Source: an uncultured Planctomycetota bacterium
GTDB taxonomy: Bacteria > Planctomycetota > Planctomycetia > Isosphaerales > Isosphaeraceae
Direction: 5' to 3'
NCBI GenBank assembly: GCA_963737655.1
Contig: CAVTTN010000002.1
Location: 4,000,001-4,064,000, forward strand
Length of the DNA: 64,000 nucleotides
Part shown: in pieces, positions 58,994-64,000 of the stretch
How the letters are laid out: the number at the start of each line of letters is the position of its first letter
Position numbering within the stretch: position 1 is the first letter of the stretch
The notes under the pieces: generated by a model
Seen by the model: only the letters and a program-made list of their open reading frames with translations
Database searches by the model: none
Told to the model about the DNA's origin: nothing
Position numbers and translations under genes: made by a program

Positions 58994-60484
58994 ATGACCG
59001 AACTCCGCGCCGCGATCCTGCTCTCCGCGTTCGCCACGACGGGCCTCGCCGCGCCCGCCCCGGACGGGGACTCGAAGCCGGTGACCTTCAACAAGGACGT
59101 GGCCCCCATCCTGTTCCGCCAGTGCGCCGGATGCCACCGGCCGGGCGAGGTCGCCCCGTTCTCCCTTCTGAGCTTCCGCGACGCCTCCAAGCGCGCGGGG
59201 CTGATCGCCGAGCTGACCTCGGATCGCCGGATGCCGCCGTGGAAGGCGGAGCACGGGGCCGGCCACTTCGCCGGCGAGCGTCGGCTGACCGACGACCAGA
59301 TCGGCGTCCTCCGTCGCTGGGCCGAGTCGGGCGCCGTCGAGGGCGACGCGGCCGACCTCCCGCCCACCCCGGTGTTCACCTCGGGCTGGCAGTTGGGCGA
59401 GCCCGACCTGATTTTGAAGATGTCCGAGCCGTACACCCTCGCCGCCTCCGGGCCCGACGAGTACCGCTGCTTCGTCCTGCCGATCCAGATCCCGGCCGGC
59501 AAGTCGATCCGGTCCATCGAGTACCGGCCCGGCAACCGCAAGGTGGTCCATCACGCCGTGATGACCTCGATGCCCCACGACGAGGCGGTCGCCCGGCTGT
59601 CGGAGGCCGACGGCAAGAGCTTCCTCTCGGGGCTGGCCCCTCCGGGCAGGCTCCTGTCGGGCCCCCTGTCGATCTGGACCCCGGGCATGGAGCCTCACCT
59701 GATGCCGGTCGAGCTCGCCGCCCCCTGGCCCGAGAAGACCGACCTGGTCCTCCAGCTCCACCTCCACCCCAGCGGCAAGCCCGAGGTGGAGCAATCGGTG
59801 CTCGGCATCCACCTGACCGACGAGAAGCCCAAGGCCCGCCTCCAGATGAACGTCTTCTCCAGCAACCGGATCGACATCCCCGCCGGCAAGGAAGACTTCG
59901 AGCTGACGGCCTCCAAGACCCTCCGCGGCGAGTCCGTGATCTTCGGCATCTTCCCCCACATGCACCTGATCGGCAAGTCGGTTCGCGCCGAGGCCACGCT
60001 GCCCGATGCCACCAAGCTCCCCTTGATCTCCATCGCCGACTGGGACTTCAACTGGCAGTATTATTACCAGTACGCCGAGCCCCTTCGCCTCCCGGCCGGG
60101 ACGAAGATCGACGTGCGCTGGACCTACGACAACTCGGCCTCGAACCCCGCCAATCCCAGCAAGCCGCCGAAACGGGTGACCTTCGGCGAGCAGACGACCG
60201 ACGAGATGGCGTTCCTGATCTTCGACATGATCGCCACCGGCCCCGCCGCCGAGCGAAAGCCGCCCTCGCCCGAGGAGATGGCCCGTCGCGCCTCCGCGGC
60301 GATGAAGATGCTCGACAAGAACGGAGACGGGTTCGTGGACGAGGCGGAGATCACCTCGTCCCCGCTCGGGCCCCTGCCCGCCTCGGAGGTCAAGAGGCGG
60401 ATCGCCCAGGCGGACAAGGACGGCGACTCCAAGCTCAACGCCGACGAATTCCTCCAGCTCCTCAAGTCGATCATGCGGCCCTGA
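58994..60484 (+). CDS. Paralogous heme-c + copper monooxygenase-family protein with two EF-hands
   Basis: CAGCH; VHHA, QLHLH, FPHMH, WDFNWQ, DEMA; DKNGDGFVDEAE and DKDGDSKLNADE. Confidence 0.82.
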   Translation: MTELRAAILLSAFATTGLAAPAPDGDSKPVTFNKDVAPILFRQCAGCHRPGEVAPFSLLSFRDASKRAGLIAELTSDRRMPPWKAEHGAGHFAGERRLTDDQIGVLRRWAESGAVEGDAADLPPTPVFTSGWQLGEPDLILKMSEPYTLAASGPDEYRCFVLPIQIPAGKSIRSIEYRPGNRKVVHHAVMTSMPHDEAVARLSEADGKSFLSGLAPPGRLLSGPLSIWTPGMEPHLMPVELAAPWPEKTDLVLQLHLHPSGKPEVEQSVLGIHLTDEKPKARLQMNVFSSNRIDIPAGKEDFELTASKTLRGESVIFGIFPHMHLIGKSVRAEATLPDATKLPLISIADWDFNWQYYYQYAEPLRLPAGTKIDVRWTYDNSASNPANPSKPPKRVTFGEQTTDEMAFLIFDMIATGPAAERKPPSPEEMARRASAAMKMLDKNGDGFVDEAEITSSPLGPLPASEVKRRIAQADKDGDSKLNADEFLQLLKSIMRP

Positions 60485-60615
60485 CGGCGCGAAAAAGCTC
60501 GCCGTCCCGATGACCCAATCGCGGACGGCGAGCCTCATGAGTCGGCCCGACTCGAGGCCCAACACTCTCAGGGGTTTGCAACCGTGCATGCCCGTCCCCC
60601 TTTGGTGGGACGCCC

Positions 60616-61434
60616 TTATGAGATCGACTTGAGGGTCACGACGAAGATCAGGGTCGAGTTGGCCGGGATCGGCCCGTTCGCCGTCGCCCCGTATCCTTCG
60701 GCCGGCGGGATCACGATGATCCGCGCCTCCCCGACCCGCATCCCGGCCACTCCCGAGTCGAAACCCGGGACGACCTGCCCGGCGCCCACCGAGAAGCCCA
60801 GGGTCGATCCCCCGTCGTTGATCGAATCGTCGAAGATCCGGCCATTCCTGGCGAGATAGCCGGTGTAGAGGACGTTCGCGGTTTGTCCCGATTGGATCGC
60901 CGGGCCCGATCCGTCGGCGGTCGTGGCGACCTCCACGCCTCCGGTCAGGGACGTGTAGGACGGTTGGCCGACCGTGAACGCCCGGGCCGCCTTGCTCCTG
61001 GCGAAGGAGCCCGCGGGGACGAACACGGCAGTCAGCGAATGCCGGCCGAAGTAGTAGGCCGCGCCTCCCGGAGGCTGTTCCAGGGTCGCGGACGCGGAAC
61101 TGGATGCGAACCTCGGATTCGTCGAGGCCGAGGGAGAGACCGAGAGCGAGGCGATCACCTGGCCGTGGTCCAGGATGTTCACCGTCCCAACCGGGGACCC
61201 CGCCGAGGCGGCGGCGGAGACCGTCACGCCCAGGCCGATCGGCTGACCCAGGGTCCCCGCGCTGACGGTCAGCGTCGTCCGGGTCGCCGCGTTGCGGGCG
61301 GCGAGTGCCGAGACATCAGCCGCCGCCCGGGGCAGCTCGCTCGCCGAGGCGACCCCGGAAAGGGCCAGTCGCCGTTCCAGGGTCGAATCGTGATCGGAGA
61401 ACGCCGGAACGAAATGGGATCGTTTCTTGTTCAT
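60616..61434 (-). CDS. FKBP-type peptidyl-prolyl isomerase with Ig-like domain and Planctomycete-type N-terminal export motif
   Basis: TLERRLALS motif; Ig-like segment TRTTLTVS..HSLTAVF; FKBP YTGYL..IFDDS, VVPGFDSGVAGMRVGE, GYG..IPANSTLIF. Confidence 0.85.
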   Translation of the reverse strand: MNKKRSHFVPAFSDHDSTLERRLALSGVASASELPRAAADVSALAARNAATRTTLTVSAGTLGQPIGLGVTVSAAASAGSPVGTVNILDHGQVIASLSVSPSASTNPRFASSSASATLEQPPGGAAYYFGRHSLTAVFVPAGSFARSKAARAFTVGQPSYTSLTGGVEVATTADGSGPAIQSGQTANVLYTGYLARNGRIFDDSINDGGSTLGFSVGAGQVVPGFDSGVAGMRVGEARIIVIPPAEGYGATANGPIPANSTLIFVVTLKSIS

Positions 61435-62152
61435 GATACCATCCATGAGAACGTCTTGCTCAGCAAGCCGAAAGGCTGCCCGCCGGACCGATCGAACCGG
61501 CCGCCGGCCGCTCCTTGGCCCCAGGGACGGACAGGATACGGACCATCCGCCGGCCTGTAAACGAGGATTCGCCACGACGGCAGGCCAGCTCCTTCACAGG
61601 AGGCCAGCGAAGTCTCGAATCCCGAGATAACGACGCCCGACCGGGTCCTCTCGACCGACCCCCGACCGAGCCGATCGAATCCGGCCGATCGACCCAACAC
61701 CGCGATCCGCCCGTCAGGCAGGCGACGCGTGGAACGAGCACGAGCCATCCCATTTCGGGACCTTGCAGGAGCAGGAAGGAGTTCCATCCACCCTTCCGCC
61801 ACCCATCAAGCCCGGGGATCGCCTGGAAGAAGCTGGGGATCCAGGATTCGAACTCGATCCTCCGCACCGACGCAACCCCTCTTCACAGAACACAAACCGT
61901 TTTGAATAAGGATTTTACATCTAGCGTCGGAGTACCCGTCATTCCCCCTCATTCGGCCTGAATCTCCCTCATTTCGCCTCACTCGTGGGGAGATTTGAGG
62001 GAGATTCTTGTATCGACGATATCGAGTTCATTGATGCTTAATTCGCACCAGCTAGGTCCGTTGGGAGCCTCGAAACTGCATCCTTCGATGTCTCTTTCGG
62101 ACGGCCAAGACAACGAGCGACCATACCGACCTCCCAGCAAGGATTTCGGTGA

Positions 62153-62668
62153 TCAATCAGCCGGGTTCTCGGCGTGGGCGGCGTCCTTCCAGTATCGGAA
62201 CGTGTCCGAGGTGATCCCGGACTCGCCGCCGTCCCGGTACGACTCCAGGAACTCGAAGAAGGCCCGGCTCGGCCCGTCCAGCCCGAGAATTCGGGTGCTG
62301 GCCAGGACACGGGTGATCCGCAGCCAGTTGTGGTTGGGGTGCAGCCAGACAACCTTCTTCTGGTCGAAATCCCGGACCTTCACGACCCGTCCGTCCTCGA
62401 AGCGAAGTCCCACGAAGGCCAGGAAGACCTCCAACGACCGCAGCAGGTTCTCTCGCAGCTTGGGGTCGGCGTGGAACTCGGCGATGTCGGCGTCGGTCAG
62501 GAGCGGGGCCTGGGAGTTGAACTGGCTCGGCTCACGCAGCGGGAACATCCACTGGATGAAATCGTGGACGTCCTCCAACTGCCCATCGGAGAAGGCCCAC
62601 ATCCCGGCCAGGGTGCGGCCTCGGTTGTCGGTGCCGGCTCCCAGATAGAACTCGGTGAGTCGGGACAT
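62153..62668 (-). CDS. Opioid growth factor receptor (OGFr) N-domain family protein
   Basis: FYLG.GTDNRGRTL, LEDVHDFIQWMFP, NHNWLRITRVL.S, TFRYW. Confidence 0.8.
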   Translation of the reverse strand: MSRLTEFYLGAGTDNRGRTLAGMWAFSDGQLEDVHDFIQWMFPLREPSQFNSQAPLLTDADIAEFHADPKLRENLLRSLEVFLAFVGLRFEDGRVVKVRDFDQKKVVWLHPNHNWLRITRVLASTRILGLDGPSRAFFEFLESYRDGGESGITSDTFRYWKDAAHAENPAD

Positions 62669-62744
62669 CTCAACGCTCCTCGGGATGCCGGGAAGGCTCG
62701 GATTGTCGATGTCATCGAATCGATGATGTCCTCGGGAGGGGCGG

Positions 62745-63404
62745 TCAGCGACGACGCATCCTCCCTTCCCGATCAACTTGCCAAACATCCCCGGCGTTGA
62801 CCTCCAGGGCCGTCTGCCAGCCTCCCCCGTGGCAATGGGTGTCTATGCACTTGAGGTGGCCCAGATCGAGGATCTCGCCAGACTTCTGCGAGCTGTGCTC
62901 GACGATGACGATCTTGCCCGAGTCGTGCGGGCCGGGCGTCATGTCCCGCAGCGATTCCCACCGGAGCATCGAGACGCTCTGCTCGGCCATCGGCAGTTCG
63001 GGATCGTAGTTGGCGTGTACGAAGATGTGGGTCTCGGTCTCGTGATGATCGAGGCAGCCTTCGAGGAAGGCGAAATGCTCGTCGGGGATCAGGGCAAGGT
63101 CACGGTCGGTGCCATACGAGTCGAGCGTGGCGATTCCGCCCATGCCGAGCCAGGTCGTCGGGTGGAGCCCGGAGCGGGCCTCCAGGAGCATCTGGTCGTG
63201 GTTGCCCAGGATCGGGACCAGGCGGCAGCGACGACCCAGGTCGATGAGCCTGTCGAGGACGTCCCGGCTGTCGAGGCCACGGTTGATGTAGTCGCCCAGG
63301 GTGACCATCACGTCGTCGGGCTGGGGATGGATAGCCTCGATCAGGGCGTGGAAGGCCGCCGAGCAGCCGTGGATGTCGCCGATGGCGATGGTGCGGGCGT
63401 CCAT
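62745..63404 (-). CDS. PphA-like Ser/Thr protein phosphatase (metallophosphoesterase)
   Basis: IGDIHG, LGDYINRG, LGNHDQM, IFVHA, CIDT; the GH motif reads EH. Confidence 0.85.
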   Translation of the reverse strand: MDARTIAIGDIHGCSAAFHALIEAIHPQPDDVMVTLGDYINRGLDSRDVLDRLIDLGRRCRLVPILGNHDQMLLEARSGLHPTTWLGMGGIATLDSYGTDRDLALIPDEHFAFLEGCLDHHETETHIFVHANYDPELPMAEQSVSMLRWESLRDMTPGPHDSGKIVIVEHSSQKSGEILDLGHLKCIDTHCHGGGWQTALEVNAGDVWQVDREGRMRRR

Positions 63405-63417
63405 GGGCTCGACATCC

Positions 63418-64000
63418 TCACGGGCAACCGTATTCCTGCATGAACTTGCGGGTGATGCCGCCCAGATGGTCGCCCAGGATCTCGTAGACCCGCAGGGCGA
63501 TCGCCTCGGGGACGCCGCCGTAGAACGCCTGGGCGATCCCGCCCGCCATGCAGGCGATCGTGTCGCTGTCGCCGCCGATGGAGATCGCCAGCCGCACCGC
63601 ATCCTCGAAGCCGTCGGACTCCAGGAACGCCCGGATCGCCTGCGGCACGCACTTCTGGCAGGACACCTCGAACCCATACGTCGGGCGGATCTCGTCCAGG
63701 GACGTGTCGAGGTCGTAGCCGAAGGCCGTCTCGACGTGGTTCTTGATCTGCTCCTTGGTCTGCCCCGTGCGGGACAGGAAGATCGCCGAGGCGACGGCCC
63801 GTGCCCCCTTGATCCCCTCGGGGTGGTCGTGCGTCACCTCGGCGCTCCGCTTCGCCTACTCCAGCACTTCGGTGAGCGAGTTGAAGGCGAAGCCGACCGG
63901 GCTGACCCGCATGGCCGAGCCGTTGCCGTAGCTGTTGTCGGGCTGCGAGTCCTCGGACTGAGCCCAGCGATGGAACATGCCGCCGTACCCGGCCTTCGGG
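63418..64000 (-). CDS. ADP-ribosylglycohydrolase (5' end outside window; in-frame TAG at 63856-63858)
   Basis: GYGGMFHRW, NSYGNGSAMRVSP, LE*AKRSAEVTHDHPEG, AISIGGDSDTIACMAG. Confidence 0.85.

Noticed and set aside
61450..62150. tRNA or ncRNA as an island integration site
   Set aside because: No cloverleaf or recognisable RNA motif found by eye.
63856..63858. Pyrrolysine or amber recoding in the ADP-ribosylglycohydrolase
   Set aside because: TAG is a normal stop elsewhere (tssC, tssF) and the position is non-catalytic; point mutation or error is more likely.

Overview
GC-rich bacterial window, most consistent with a Planctomycete. The taxonomy is inferred from an LE-RR-LS export motif, a BBP2-type porin and heme-c/copper monooxygenase paralogues; it is not proven. 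Bases 1-26.3 kb hold a type VI secretion system (T6SS) cluster: tssK, tssL, a short tssM-like gene, a Zn-ribbon/2xFHA gene, tagJ, tssA, tssB, tssC, hcp, tssE, tssF, tssG and clpV, plus a divergent 1255-aa membrane pseudo-caspase. No vgrG, PAAR or tssJ is visible in the window. Between tssG and clpV lies a ~4-kb mosaic island flanked by an imperfect duplication of the clpV leader. It carries an intact and a truncated RAYT (HUH/Y1) transposase gene, a family of AAAAGGGGAC REP/REPIN-like elements, and low-GC gene fragments whose breakpoints fall at REP arms. This is the best candidate for an undescribed system: RAYT/REP-driven cassette accretion inside a T6SS locus. The rest is nitrogen and nutrient transport (sigma54-type amtB, porin, cstA, amino-acid permeases), an EmrAB-TolC-type pump, housekeeping and signalling genes, two heme-c/copper monooxygenase paralogues and a partial ADP-ribosylglycohydrolase/phosphatase/OGFr cluster. 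About 14 apparent single-base frameshifts in otherwise intact genes suggest sequencing or assembly indels rather than true pseudogenes.
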